From Octopus vulgaris (Eukaryota), in assembly GCA_951406725.2 (NCBI GenBank), contig OX597832.1, positions 12,958,001 through 13,022,000 on the forward strand: DNA of 64,000 bases, written 5' to 3'. The notes under the pieces were generated by a model. The model saw only the letters and a list, made by a program, of their open reading frames with translations, did no database searches and was not told the origin of the DNA. The position numbers and the translations under genes were made by a program. Below are positions 30,294 through 43,440 of the stretch, in pieces. Numbering within the stretch: the stretch's first letter is position 1; every line of letters begins with the position of its first letter.

Positions 30294-30381
30294 GTTTTTA
30301 TTGTGATTAATATACTCTATTACCTACACCACTAAATGGTATATACAGGTGCTTACAACTATCAAGTATTCACCCTGAATT

Positions 30382-30434
<53 letters not shown>

Positions 30435-30435
<1 letters not shown>

Positions 30436-30464
30436 GATAGATAGATAGATAGATAAATAGATAA

Positions 30465-30506
<42 letters not shown>

Positions 30507-30508
30507 TG

Positions 30509-30582
<74 letters not shown>

Positions 30583-30583
30583 C

Positions 30584-30643
<60 letters not shown>
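30435..30643. repeat. (GATA)n microsatellite
   Basis: Direct observation. Confidence 0.95.
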
Positions 30644-30644
<1 letters not shown>

Positions 30645-32830
30645 TACACACACATACATATATTTGGTATATGGAATAAATGACACTACGTTTAAACCTT
30701 ATCTGTACAGTTACTATAATCCATGATTTGTCTTTCTAATTCTTATTAGCTGAATAAAGTGTTAGTAGTGCTACAGTGTTAAAGCATTTATCAACTGATT
30801 AAATTTTGCATAAGGCCTTGAGAGGGGAACGATTTTACATCGTCCTGTGTATTTAATTTACCGAACCCGAAAACATAAAATCCAAAATCAGTCTCGTGAA
30901 CTCGGGAGTGATGATTCTAATCATATTGTCAGGTGTTCCAAAGGTTCTGCCGGCTCCGTACTGTGTGTCGTTGTACAATAATTGATTCAAATGACTCGTT
31001 TTGTCAATACATATACAACCGAGTTAAATCCAATGTTTCCTTTAGATTTTAATCTGATATGTTTCCTCTATTGTATGCAAACTAGTTATTTCGTTCATGA
31101 TAGTACATAATGCCGTGCAATGTATAGCCGATCGAACTATTGTCGCTTGAATGAAATTACCTACTCAAAGACTTGCCAAGTGACAAGAGAATATCATAAA
31201 TAATTATTGAACTGGCAGGTATCGCTTTCGTTCATTATATAAATTCCTAGAAATTTTACAAGAAACGTACAATGTTATAAACAGGTGCAGAATGATGTTC
31301 TACAAATTTCTGTTAATGGAAACTGTCTCTATAATTTTTGACATGCTGTATGCGCATTCCATGTCAACACTAATTAACATAACAAGAAGTATCCATAAAA
31401 ATTCTTTGTTCAACTTTTGAACCATGTTTCCACTTCCTTGTCCAATATGCGACCTCTGCACGTAGTTTGACAGTATATTTAGATTCTTTTTGTGAACCCC
31501 AGCTGTTCTGAAACGTAACAAAATTATCTATTTCGAGCGCTTCGATGACATACCCATAACGGCAGATATAGGGGAACAGGTAGATAGGCTAGAAGAAAAC
31601 CTTTGAAAATATTTACAGCCATAATTAAATTTGCAGTCTAAAGCATAGAGTAAAACTCCATAGCAGGTTTAGATTCAATTTAGGAATAAAAAAGAACGTA
31701 TCTAGCACCTCAGTATTAACAAATAACCTACATGCATATCGCTGTACATGTATTGTTATAGAGAATGCTTCCAAAGGCAACGAAATATCATTAGTAAAAT
31801 CATTTGTAAGAAAATGGTTCAAAGCTGTTTGGAAAAAAGCTGTTCAGATAACAGATAAAGCTGTTCTGACGAGGCAACAAATATTAGATAATAACTGGAA
31901 GACGAATTTGTAAATTAAATATACGCAATAGTATATGAAAAAATTCTTCCTCACTAATATAAAAGATAGAGTTAAGAATAAAACGTATTAACAACACATG
32001 CAGGATTTCATTATGAACATATGCATTTTGTTACCAACTGAATAAATTCGTTATTAAAAGAAATATGACATTGAACATATATATCACAGCTAACCACAAA
32101 TCATGAAATATATTAAAAACAAATCTCTAAAATAAATAACATTCTAATCAACATGAAGCCACTAATCTGCAAGTTACAGGATGCAGATCAGACAACATAT
32201 GTAATATACAGGTATATTATTATAGAAAGTATGTATGCAATAAACGGATTATAAATAATATATTCGATAAAATATTGTATGAATGCGTATGCAATAAGCA
32301 TGTATGTTGTAGACTTCATGAATGGAAGTGTTATATCTATCACAAACATAGGACATTCTTACGGTTGCCTATGAAATGAGAATGTGCAGTATACAGCATT
32401 ATAATACGATACACGACAGGAATACAACGTTATTATAACATATCAATAAAAAAAAATGAAATACAGTCTATGGAAGATTTGTTAATATTAAAACAGAAAT
32501 CAATAAACGAAGGACAGAAAATACAAGTGAAAGAACTTATGAAATGTAAAGAGATTTAATCAATTAACTGTTTTTAAAAAGAGAAATGGTGATTAAAATA
32601 AAAATGTCATACTATGGATGATTGTAGTCTGAAGAAGTACAAAAGTTGATATGGAAATTATTATTAACAATTCAAATAATCCAGATTAGAGTGTACCTGG
32701 TATTTTAAGCAAATAGTTTGAAGTAACTGAAGTGCTTCGGTTATATGAAATCCCCTAATCAGCTAATCATAGTATTTCAGTTGTAAAAATAAAGACATTC
32801 AACACACACACACACACAAACATACACACA

Positions 32831-32881
<51 letters not shown>

Positions 32882-32886
<5 letters not shown>

Positions 32887-33050
32887 TTGTTATCGCCATA
32901 TTAATATGGCTGTCTTATAGAAGGTTATAATGGACACAGTTTTTGTCTCAAATAGCTATCTTAAGCCGATGGCCTCATGGAGCTAATCAGCGATAGCTTT
33001 TAGTCTTATATCTATAAGACTGCCATGTCAATATGGCGATAACAATTAAT
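32882..33050. repeat. Inverted repeat, 40-bp arms (32882-32921 / 33011-33050), element embedded in (TA)n
   Basis: attaattgttatcgccatattaatatggctgtcttataga vs tctataagactgccatgtcaatatggcgataacaattaat. Confidence 0.85.
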
Positions 33051-33105
33051 TTCCAGTAACGCTGCCGTAATCTCTTTTAGAGAGACTTACTAATTTTAAT
33101 ATTCC

Positions 33106-33178
<73 letters not shown>

Positions 33179-33186
33179 ATATATAT

Positions 33187-33583
33187 CTTTTACTCGTTCC
33201 TGTTATATGACTTCAGCCATGCTGAGACACTGTGTTGATATGTTTTGATGAACAAATTGACACCAGGACTTATGATTTAAAGCCTAGTACTTATTTTATC
33301 TGTCTCTTTACCAACTGAACCGCTAAGTTACAGACATATAAATACAACACCGGTTATCAACCGGTGCTGCGGGTCAACCACAGGCAAAAATATATACATA
33401 GATATATGCATGTGTATATACGACAGGATTCATTCACTTTCCGTCTACCAAATTCACTCAAAATGCATTGATCGACCGGAGGCAATAGTAGAAGACACTT
33501 GCACAAGGCGTCCCGCTGTGACGTCGAACCCGCAACCGTTTGGTTGGGAAGCAAATTTCTTACCATAGAGCAACGCCTACGCC
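33187..33583 (-). mobile_element. SINE family A, full-length diverged copy
   Basis: Minus-strand head ggcgtaggcgttgctctatggtaagaaatttgcttcccaacc; tail ...cagcatggctgaagtcatataacaggaacgagtaaaaga. Confidence 0.8.
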
Positions 33584-33624
33584 TTTATAATATATATATA
33601 TAACATTCTAAATATATATATATA

Positions 33625-34023
33625 CTAGCAGTATCGCCCGGCGGCTCGGGTTTGTAAGGTAAATAACTATATAAGCATTTTTAGAGAGTTACTTCCCTTA
33701 TATAATAGCAAAAAATGCATTAAAAATGGAAAAAAATGATGGTAATTTTTTTTTAAATCGTAGGCTCATCGTAGACATTTTCAGAGAGTTACTTCCCTTA
33801 TATAATACCAAAAAAATGCATTAAAAATGGAAAAAATGATGTTAAATTTTTTTTGTAATCGTAGACTCATCGTAGACGCGCGCTAATACCCAGAAGGGCT
33901 CGATATGAATCACAACTATAAGATACCCGCTTTTGGTTAAACTGCACCGCAAAATGTGGGAGTAGTTAGGAATCTAAATCGTAGGAGACAGACACCACAC
34001 AACTTCAGTTTTATATATAGAGA
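33625..34023 (-). mobile_element. Non-autonomous Helitron with an internal ~100-bp tandem duplication
   Basis: Minus strand A|TCTCTATATATAAAAC... ending ...CCCGAGCCGCCGGG-cgatactg-CTAG|T: 5' TC, subterminal GC hairpin, 3' CTAG, A|T target, no TSD. Duplicated unit ~33676-33775 / ~33776-33877. Confidence 0.8.
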
Positions 34024-34049
34024 TATATTTGCATACATACGAAGCGAAA

Positions 34050-34487
34050 GCGTATATGCAGCTGAAGGAACCTAGAAGGGATTGTATCAAATTTCGGTTT
34101 TCAAAACTACACAAATACCAGAACGGGTCGCCTCTGCACAGTGCCATAGTTCCCAACCCTGCTGTCGCTTTTCAGGGCCAGTTACTGCAACATCTTGGGT
34201 TTCAGGGGACTCACAGCTTTTTAATATTCTCCCAAAGAGGCTGAGGGACCTACACAATATGTATGTAGGTGTTTTCAAAACAAAACTGGATTTCTTTCTG
34301 TCGAGAGTCCCAGATGAATCTACCTCGCAGCAAGAGGCGCAAGTAAGGGCAGCATCAGGAAACTCCCTTATTCACCAAATGTTATATATCAAAGGAGGCT
34401 CTCAATAACAGTTTAGCATATCGACGGTGCCCCAGCATGACCGCAGCCTTGAGCTGGAACCGAGAAAAGATTTAAAGAACAAAAGAA
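34050..34487 (+). mobile_element. LINE 3' end (CR1/L2-group-like ORF2 C-terminus plus 3' UTR), frameshifted
   Basis: Peptide ...QLFNILPKRLRDLHNMYVGVFKTKLDFFLSRVPDE...AASGNSLIHQ (LFNxLP...FKxKLDxFL motif), followed by a short 3' UTR and an A-rich aaaga tail. Confidence 0.7.
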
Positions 34488-35249
34488 TATATATATGTTA
34501 AATATTGCGCATTTAATTTTGGCAAGAGTGGGGTGGAAAATAGAATAGTGGGTAGGAATTGAAATGAGAGGTTAGATAAAAACTGATGTACTGGTCTACA
34601 CTGTTCGAAAATCCATTTTTAGGTTTGAAACATACCGCCTACCTTTGACCTATTATTTCCTTTGCTTATTGAACTACAGTAATGCTGGGACACTACCTTG
34701 AATGATGTTATGAAACAAATCCATATCCGTACTTATCTTAAATCTGGTAATTACTTTATCAAGCCATTTTCACAACCGCTTCCTCGCGGGATGTAAACAA
34801 ACCACAACCGGTTGTAAATAAAGTTCAGGGAAAAGCATAAACACTAACAGACATACATGCATAAATGTAGATATCTTCGAAAGGATCCATGCAATTACCG
34901 TCTAGTAAATATCCTTAAATGGTTGGCCCGAGGCTGTATTAGGCGATACTTGTCTAAGGTGGCCCACATTTTTACAGAAACTGAAACTACACTGTTGCAA
35001 AGTAGGCTCACTAGGAAACAAGATTATTAAAATAAAAAAGACTAAGAGATGATACTCTATACAACTCTAAAATTTTTATAATCTAATCCAAAGGAAGTTT
35101 TCACGTCGTTCATTGTTAGATTTTAGATATAATGAGAAGTTTTCCCTACATGTTGCTTAGAAAATCAAAACTGATTGAAAAAATTAAATTCTCTATATTA
35201 CATAACCTAATGTGTGAGACTAATGTATCCATAAAAAATCTTGTATATA

Positions 35250-35312
<63 letters not shown>

Positions 35313-36094
35313 TGGCTAAAATTATTTTATTTATTGTTATTTCTATAACCATGTAATCTTTTTTTAATATTTATTAAGAATATTTTTAACAACCATGAGA
35401 AATAATATCCAACATTTGAGAGTATTACAGGGATTCAGAAACAAAAAAAAGCAACGACAAAATAAAAAAAACAAACCACGAAGGAAAACTGAAATATGTT
35501 TAAATTTCTTTGGAAATATGAACAATATTTTGGAAAATTATATATGTATGTGGTAGAATTTTTTCCTTGTAATCTGCAAATATATATTATTCTAAAAATT
35601 TCTGAAAATCTGATAATTTTATATTAAAGATGAATATAAATATTAATATTTCAATTGAAAATTTACTAGTTTTGCTTCTACTTATTTCATATTGGATTAA
35701 TAATTGTTTACATTTTAGAAGGTTTTTTAATGTATACATACATATATATACTCTGCACGAAATGAATACTCTCAAAAATCATATGCTAATTTCATGTTTT
35801 TTATACTTTTGTATTTAATGTATAAATTTCATTTATGTATTCTATTAAACAATTTCATGATTGCAACGGAGAGGTAAATGGAATACAGCTTTTATTCTCA
35901 ATAATAGGTGATATATGTGTATATATATATGTATATATATGTATGTCTGTGTATGTGTGCGTGCGTTCGTCTGTGTGTGTGTTTGTGTATGTACATATAT
36001 ATATATATATATGTATATACAAATATGTATACTAATATATATGTTCAAACACACATATATATATATACACATATTCATACTCATACACGTACAT

Positions 36095-36136
<42 letters not shown>

Positions 36137-36785
36137 TATGTGATTTTTACTCTTTACATCATTTCTGTTTTGTTTCAGATATTTTAGTAAGATAAATGAA
36201 ACACCTTGTTAGATTAAATTCCTGATGTTATACCATATTTTCTTGCATATTTTGCTCTATTGCCTATATCTTTGCATTTATTATAAAGAAGTTTCATACC
36301 TGAATATATACGGAGTAATTTTATAACTTGGTTTTAGAACAATGATAACCTTACTTTTTCATTTAAGTAGAGCGTTGATGTATATCATTATGGAATTTAT
36401 TAATGTGTTGTATATGTTATCTTCTTTATTTAAATTAATTTTTCATATTGAGTATAAATGAACAATATGAGTTTAGAAATTAACATACATTAATATCATA
36501 TTGAAATTAAATTTATTCATATAATAAGGAATTATTTGTACTAGTAACGTTGTTGGACATAACAGAGCTAGCTGAGTAGAATCTTGTCTTATAAGATATC
36601 TCTTGCAATTGTGTTTAATTTTACCATCCCCATAGCTTCCTACAAAAGCAATTAAACGTAAGAGTAGTGTGTGAGACGCCTATACATACATACACACACA
36701 CACGCATATATATATATATATATATCCATATATATACTACACTCACACACACACACACACACTCATATATATATATATATGTATA

Positions 36786-36853
<68 letters not shown>

Positions 36854-37843
36854 ATATATGTACACAAAGTAATATATACAAGGAATCTAGACATAATTGA
36901 ATCATTATTCGCATGATTATCTGACATATCTTCATTCACTATTTTCATATAGAAACAGTGTTGTGATGAAATTCAGAGGTATTATTTCCCAATTTAAGCT
37001 ACTGTATCAATTTTATTGTTGGAAGAGATGCTGCTCGGTTTAGACGGCAATTCTTTCACATAAGACAACACTTTTCAATTTCTGAGCCATAAAACATAAC
37101 GATTCCACAGAGAACCAGACTTCTGTCATACAGTTAGAAATATTAACTGAATCGTTTTAAATCGTGTCCCACCTTCTTTAAGTAAGGAAGTGTCTATTGA
37201 ATAATATATTCCTTTATTATTGATTAGATGATCATGATTTCAGATGATATGATTATCATGATCTTGAGTAAAATGTTTCTTACTACAGGACTATTTATTC
37301 AGGTTTGCTATGAGACTAAACAATAAAGAATTATAGCAATATGAATTAAAAGGTATTCGTTTCCATGTTTCCCTATTTGACGTTTATTAAAAAAAATATC
37401 ATTACTCTCATCGACTGAACATCTATATACAAGTTGTGCGGACACAATTTGTGCATGATATATAGCTTAATTTCAGTGAGGCCTTTATTTGTGTCCATAT
37501 ACTTTACAAAATGTTTCAACAAAAGGAAAACATGTAATTCTTGTGTCACTTCATACAGAAATTGAATATTACAATAACACTTATCTTGTATTATACTACG
37601 CAGAAACAACAGGATGGGTTTCTTTTTATACCTATACTCTTATATCTAAACTCTCAAACATAATTATAATCACATGTTGGATATCTCGTCTTGTAATATG
37701 TTTAAGTATATAACGATGCTAGATGTAAGATGTCAATGTAGTTATGTCAAATATCAAAATTATACTCTTTCTTTACACCCTCTCACATTATACGAAACAC
37801 CAGAGTTCCTAGAATAAATTATTATATTTTTTTCTTTTTTCAG

Positions 37844-38630
37844 ATGGGACATTATTTCAACGTGCAATACTCCAAAGTGGATCAGCATTAAGCTCTTGGT
37901 CTGTTGCCAACGATCCAATTGGCTGCACACACCAGCTTGCCTTGAGCGTCAACTGTTCCATCGACGATTCACAAGACCTCATTAAATGTCTACGAAATAA
38001 AACATTCTCAGACTTAGTAAAAAACGCGCCGAAACCACCAAAATATTTTTCCTGTTTCGCACCCGTCATCGATGGTAAAAACATCATACCAAAGTCCGTG
38101 GAAGAGTTAATTAAAAAACCAGTCTCAATGTTTTCCAACGCAGATCTAATGTTCGGGATCACTAAAAATGAAGCATATTCTTACTTCGATCAGGAGGACG
38201 TGGAAAATGGAATCTCCGAAGAAAAAAAGGAGAAAATGCTACGTACTTATGTACACAACAGGTTCCAGTTTCACAGACAAAAAGTATATGAAATACTTGA
38301 CCATCACTATGCCGAGTGGAGTAAGAAGACAACTCCAAAAAACCGCCGGGATAGTCTTTTAGAACTACTCAGTGATGGTCAATATATTGCACCGTTACTA
38401 AAAGTGGGACAGCTGCATGCTAAAACTGGCAATACATACTTTTATTATTTCACATATACGTCACAGTCTGACGAAAAAGGCAAATTGTCTGGGGGAGATG
38501 AGCTTCCGTATATTTTCGGGGCTCCCTTAGTTGACGGCATACAACCTTTTAGCACGTCATCGTATTCGAAGTCAGAACGAATGCTAAGTGAAGCAGTGAT
38601 GCGTTACTGGACGAATTTTGCAAAATCTGG
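37844..38630 (+). CDS. NLGN: Neuroligin-family gene, large internal exon (cholinesterase-like extracellular domain); 787 bp, phase 1 in, phase 2 out
   Basis: Polypyrimidine tract plus CAG acceptor at 37841-37843 and donor GG|GTAAGT at 38630/38631. Translation (x)GTLFQRAILQSGSALSSWSVA...VNCSIDDSQDLIKCLR...FAPVIDG...DLMFGITKNEAY...TYFYYF...GDELPYIFGAPLVDG...SERMLSEAVMRYWTNFAKSG matches neuroligin motifs (GLFQRAIxQSG, FGPVIDG, GDExPYVFG, LSxxVMxYWTNFAKTG). Paralog identity not determinable. Confidence 0.93.
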
Positions 38631-41114
38631 GTAAGTAGACAATTTAACTAATAGATATTTTATTTTTAAAAGATGTTGTAAACTATAAACATGTTTTGTA
38701 TTCGAATTTTGTTCAAATGTAGAAGAGGAAGAAAATTTGTTATCACTAATCAAAAAATATTTAATTATTTGTGTGAGAGCGCTCGTAGAAATATATGTGT
38801 GAATATACATATATACGCACATACAGACACATACACATACATACACACACATACTCATACATACACACATATGCGCTGCGTATTCCATTTATTATTAATG
38901 ACCCTTGCCACATAAAATAAATTGCAATTCGCAATACACAGGTGAATATATGTTCAGAAATATAAATGTTTTATGCGTCATAGAATTGTATGCAGATGGA
39001 AAAGTGCGAGTCATCTGTGCTTTCTGTGAGATTTTAAAATCAGGAACATAACTAATGCTAAATATAAAGACATTTACGGAAAATTGTTCTCTGAGTGCCA
39101 AAGTTTTCAATTAGTAGATGGTGTCTATTTTAATTAAATACAATTACCACATGCCGCCTCAGTCGATGATTTAGCCTCACAACGGAATTCTCTTGAATAA
39201 TATATGCGTTCAGTTTGTGTGCAATCTTACCTCATAGAATAAACACGATTATTGTTTTAAAAGCACATGTTTTTCATGGCATGTGTTGCTTTAGTGAAAT
39301 AGTTAACCAAGCTTACTGAATTATCTATTCACTAAATAGTCATAAAAACTATTGTTAAAATAGTCTCTACTGCTGGAAATGTGTTTCTTTAATGATATTA
39401 CATGAGCAATAAACTCTATATTGCTATTCCATGTTTCGCATAACTGCATTTTGGTACAGTTAAAGGCACCTTTCTTCAATTAGTCTGTAATGTTGGTTAC
39501 AAAATATGTCGGAAAAATCAGCATTATATACACTGAGAAAATAAAATTTAAAATTCATCATGTAAAACGTTTAAGCGTTGAAAGGAAACTTAGGTATAAG
39601 GTTAAAAAGAAATTACGTAACAGCACTTCACCCTGCGACATCTCCTTTTGAAGGATAATGAATAAAAACCTACCAGAATTGCTCTAACGGTAACACCTGT
39701 TTCGAAAAATCTAATTTACTCAACTTTATCCAATATGGAGTAAAAGTCATGTCTTGTTCGTTCTTCATTTGTTTGGTTACACCACTGAAACTATATATTT
39801 TTTCACTTCCTCTTACATGTTAACACACCGATAACACAAATGTCTATACTATTCTATGATTCTTTCTCAGTTAATTTAATCTAGTGCTTTTAAATGTAGG
39901 TAGTACAGCCCCTAAGTTGCAAGGAAAGATTTAAATATATGTACTGATGAGAAGTGAGGCGGTAGATGGGCGATAGATGTATCTGAACAGTTTTTTAGAC
40001 AGTCTTTTTTTCAATTTTAACAGTAAAATAATAAATGGAATATTAGAATATTGCAAATAATGAATGCAAAATTAGCAACATTAAAAAAAAAATCAGTGGT
40101 GAAATAGATAGGGAAGTTGACATAAAACATAATAATGATTACTCCTGAATGTGAATAATTAACTAAACTAAAGTGAATATAAGAGAGAGAGAGAGAGGTA
40201 ATAATGATAATTTTATGTTGTATATCAACGGACAACTATGGTCGGTCATCACCAAAATACAGCAATGACGAACAACATGCTTAGGAAATCTCAGTATATC
40301 TAGCGGGGCATTCACTTCTTGATGCGTGTAACTGATGTGACACAAACTGCATAGATTGATGCAATAAAATTAGATGCACAAATTCCTACCCATAACGGAC
40401 AGCTGCAGGATGCGTCGAGACGATCGTTGTACTGAATAAAGACCCTGTGCTAAATTTATCTTCCGTTTCCTTCATCAATTATTATTATGTCCATTAGCTA
40501 TGCGGAATTCCTAACGTAGGGCCACCGGTTCTGTACTCCAACCACGGAAGACACTAGGTAGCCCAAACTGTGAACGTGCTTCACTCAGCACGCTAATTGA
40601 CTTATATCCATTAGTCCAAATACTTAGACACGCATACACACACACGTTCACACAAATACAAGCATACACACACGTATGTATGTATCATTTATGCCTATTG
40701 GTGACTCAGACAGAACACCACTGACCATTGCCCATGCAAATGCCAACTATACTGATGAGTTCATTGCATCTGCTTCATCCGGTTTCGACCCTGTGGCGCC
40801 CTATCTCTACTCCACTGGTCAATGGAAAGTCGTTCCGAAGTTGATGACCAAAATTTTAAGTCAAATAAAACTTGCACACTACCTGACACAGCCTTCCCAC
40901 CCACCTGACAAGCTAGGACAAGACAGTCAATACTGATATGGGTCGCAAAGTCAGGTATTTCGGACTGCCATGATTTCAGGCGCAACCGAAATATCTCCAA
41001 AATGTCCCATGCCATTCCTTAATATCTGGTTTTATATCAGAGTGGCCTTCTCCATGAGACTTGCTTTAACAAAAGCTGACAGCTGCATCACTCCCGGTAG
41101 TGTACGTTGAACAT

Positions 41115-41414
41115 CACGTGATCACGTGACCGACCAGATCATCAGGCGTTGTTACACATCGATGGTCACAATGCGTTCGCATTGTTTTAGCCTTTGAATG
41201 ATGCCACCCCGCTGGCTGAGCGAGCAGGCCAACAGAAGAAAGAGTGAGAGAAAGAGTGGTGATAGAGTACAGCAGGGATCACCACCCCCTGCCGTAGCGT
41301 CGTAAAGCTTTTAGTTGTTTTCTCTCAATAAACACAACACCCGGTCTGAGAATCGAAACCGCGATCCTACGACAGCGAGTCCGCTGTCCTAACCACTGGG
41401 CCATTCTGCCTCCA
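41115..41414 (-). mobile_element. tRNA(Arg)-like-headed SINE with the head of 6843-7224 but a different 3' part; 12-bp TSD
   Basis: Minus-strand head ggaggcagaatggcccagtggttaggacagcggactcgctgtcgtaggatcgcggtttcgattc; tail ggtcacgtgatcacgtg; TSD tacgttgaacat at 41103-41114 and 41415-41426. Confidence 0.85.
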
Positions 41415-41635
41415 TACGTTGAACATGCATAAAGGTAATCCTGCTTTTTAACTGCTGGGTTTCTAGCAACCCTTCTCAGCAGGCAAGACTAGCGCCCATT
41501 TATTCGAAGACGAACCACCCATGCACCAGGTTGTACTGATTTCCATGTTAACATTAACAGTAGAACTCTCAATAGATCTCGCAAGCAACATTATATGTGT
41601 ATGTGTGTATGCATGTGTGTGTGTGTGTGAGCCTT

Positions 41636-42205
41636 TTATATTTTACTTGTTTCAGCCAGTAGATCGCGGCCATTGTGGAGCACCACCTTGAAGATTTTTT
41701 GTCCTGTGAATCGACCCCAGCACATCTTTTAAGTCTGGTACTCTTGCCGAGGAGCGTAAACGCACTAACACCGGTGGTCAAACGGTGGAGGGCAGAAAGA
41801 CACACAAATATATATATATATATATATATATAGGATTAAAATTTTCGAAAAAATCTTTATCAATGGCCAACATATTAAAAAAATACCTTTAAAGGTTAAA
41901 TTTCATAAACAACTTATAAACAATGGCAAAGGAAAAAATTCTAATGCCAAATATGCCGAAATATAGACTTATTCGTAAATAACCATATAATTTATCCATA
42001 ATAACCATATAGTGATAAATTATATGGTTATTGACGAATAAGTCTATATGTCGGCATATTTGGCATTAGAATTTTTTCTCTTGCCCTTCTTTATAAGTTG
42101 TATATATATATGGTAGGCTTCCTTTCAGTTTCCATCAACGAAATCTACTCACAAAGCTGAAGTCACTTGTCGAAGTTGGCATGCAAGCGTCTTGCCACGC
42201 CTGCG
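41636..42205 (-). mobile_element. SINE family A copy split by a fold-back element inserted in its internal (TA)n
   Basis: 3' half at ~41636-41805, 5' remnant at ~42110-42205, insert at ~41833-42101. Confidence 0.7.
41909..42101. repeat. Inverted repeat, 88-bp arms (41909-41996 / 42014-42101), 17-nt loop
   Basis: acaacttataaac...ctaatgccaaatatgccgaaatatagacttattcgtaaataaccatataatttatc vs gataaattatatggttattgacgaataagtctatatgtcggcatatttggcattag...ttataagttgt. Confidence 0.9.
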
Positions 42206-42242
42206 TAAATTTATAATGTATGTATGTGTGTGTATGTATGGC

Positions 42243-42292
<50 letters not shown>

Positions 42293-42774
42293 GTGTACGT
42301 TTGCAGTATCATTGAGAAATGTTATAATGAAACTATCGTATTCTTGTCTTGACTGATTTATTATCTCCTTTATATGAAAGAAAAATTTAGTAGAGAACAT
42401 AAATGTATAGGCGTGACACACTTGTATTTCCTTGCGGTGTTGGTAAGGTTTGTATTAAACATTTTATCTCAATTATCTGTACACATCGTAGTGATATTCC
42501 TTTCCTATGTATATGATAGGATCCGAGATATTACCATTAGATATCCTAAGCAATAAAACGAATCCCCAATATCCTTGTTCGATAGTTCGTATGCGTATAT
42601 TGTGAATGTAAACTTCACTAAGTACGATAGGTGCTCTTACGTGGATAAATATGTATCAGTGTTTGTATATATAAATTCGCCTTGTTTTAATTCGCCGCCA
42701 ATTTGATGGATTTGTGTAATAAATTGTGAAGATATAATTTCGATAACTATTCCTTTCATTATGTGGGTGTGTAC

Positions 42775-42885
<111 letters not shown>

Positions 42886-43079
42886 GTGTGTCCAGGTATG
42901 TATAAACATGTAGATAACGCGGACATATATGCACACACATACATAAACTATATATATATAAAGTCTGTAGATTTTCTGATATATATAATTTTATATTTGA
43001 GTGTGTAGGTGTGTTTGTGTATGGATTGTTTAGAATTTGCATTTACAAGCGAATAGAATTTGCCCTTAATGCATACAGC

Positions 43080-43400
43080 AAAGTTTATATATTATATTAG
43101 GTACTGAAAATTATTCGATCAATCCTTGCATTCCCAAACTTTCAAAACGGAAAGTTTAAATTACACATTCATGCATAAATATTTGGGAATACAGAATATA
43201 ACAAAAAATATTTGAGAATACCTTAAAATATGTCAAGATTCTATTAGTCACGAAGGCGCTCCTGCAAAATACTCCATACATCACTTCGTTATGTTTTAAA
43301 CACCTAATTTGATAGCTGTTTACATGCTAAAACAATTTTATATTTGATTCTTAATGATTCATATGTGTTAAACACCCAAAAGCAAATGTGTTAAAGATCT
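43080..43400 (+). mobile_element. Possible degenerate Penelope-like (GIY-YIG) 3' remnant upstream of the hammerhead
   Basis: Broken-frame peptides YYIR, HSQTFKTE...KY(I)WE and CLHAKTILY...VLNTQKQM resemble YIG...HxxSF...KYIW...CLxEKxxIL...LNxRxE; weak and read by eye. Confidence 0.4.
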
Positions 43401-43440
43401 TACAGTGAACTCCAGTCTCAGGGCGATGCGATCAACAGTT

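Noticed and set aside
36179-36186. Candidate microexon: strong tttctgttttgtttcag acceptor, ATATTTTA, then GTAAGA
   Set aside because: 8 nt would shift the frame, and reading on hits TAA within five codons; no support without RNA data.
37857-38362. ORFs overlapping the neuroligin exon (37857-38162 minus; 38168-38362 plus, other frame)
   Set aside because: Shadow ORFs of a real coding exon with no recognisable motifs.
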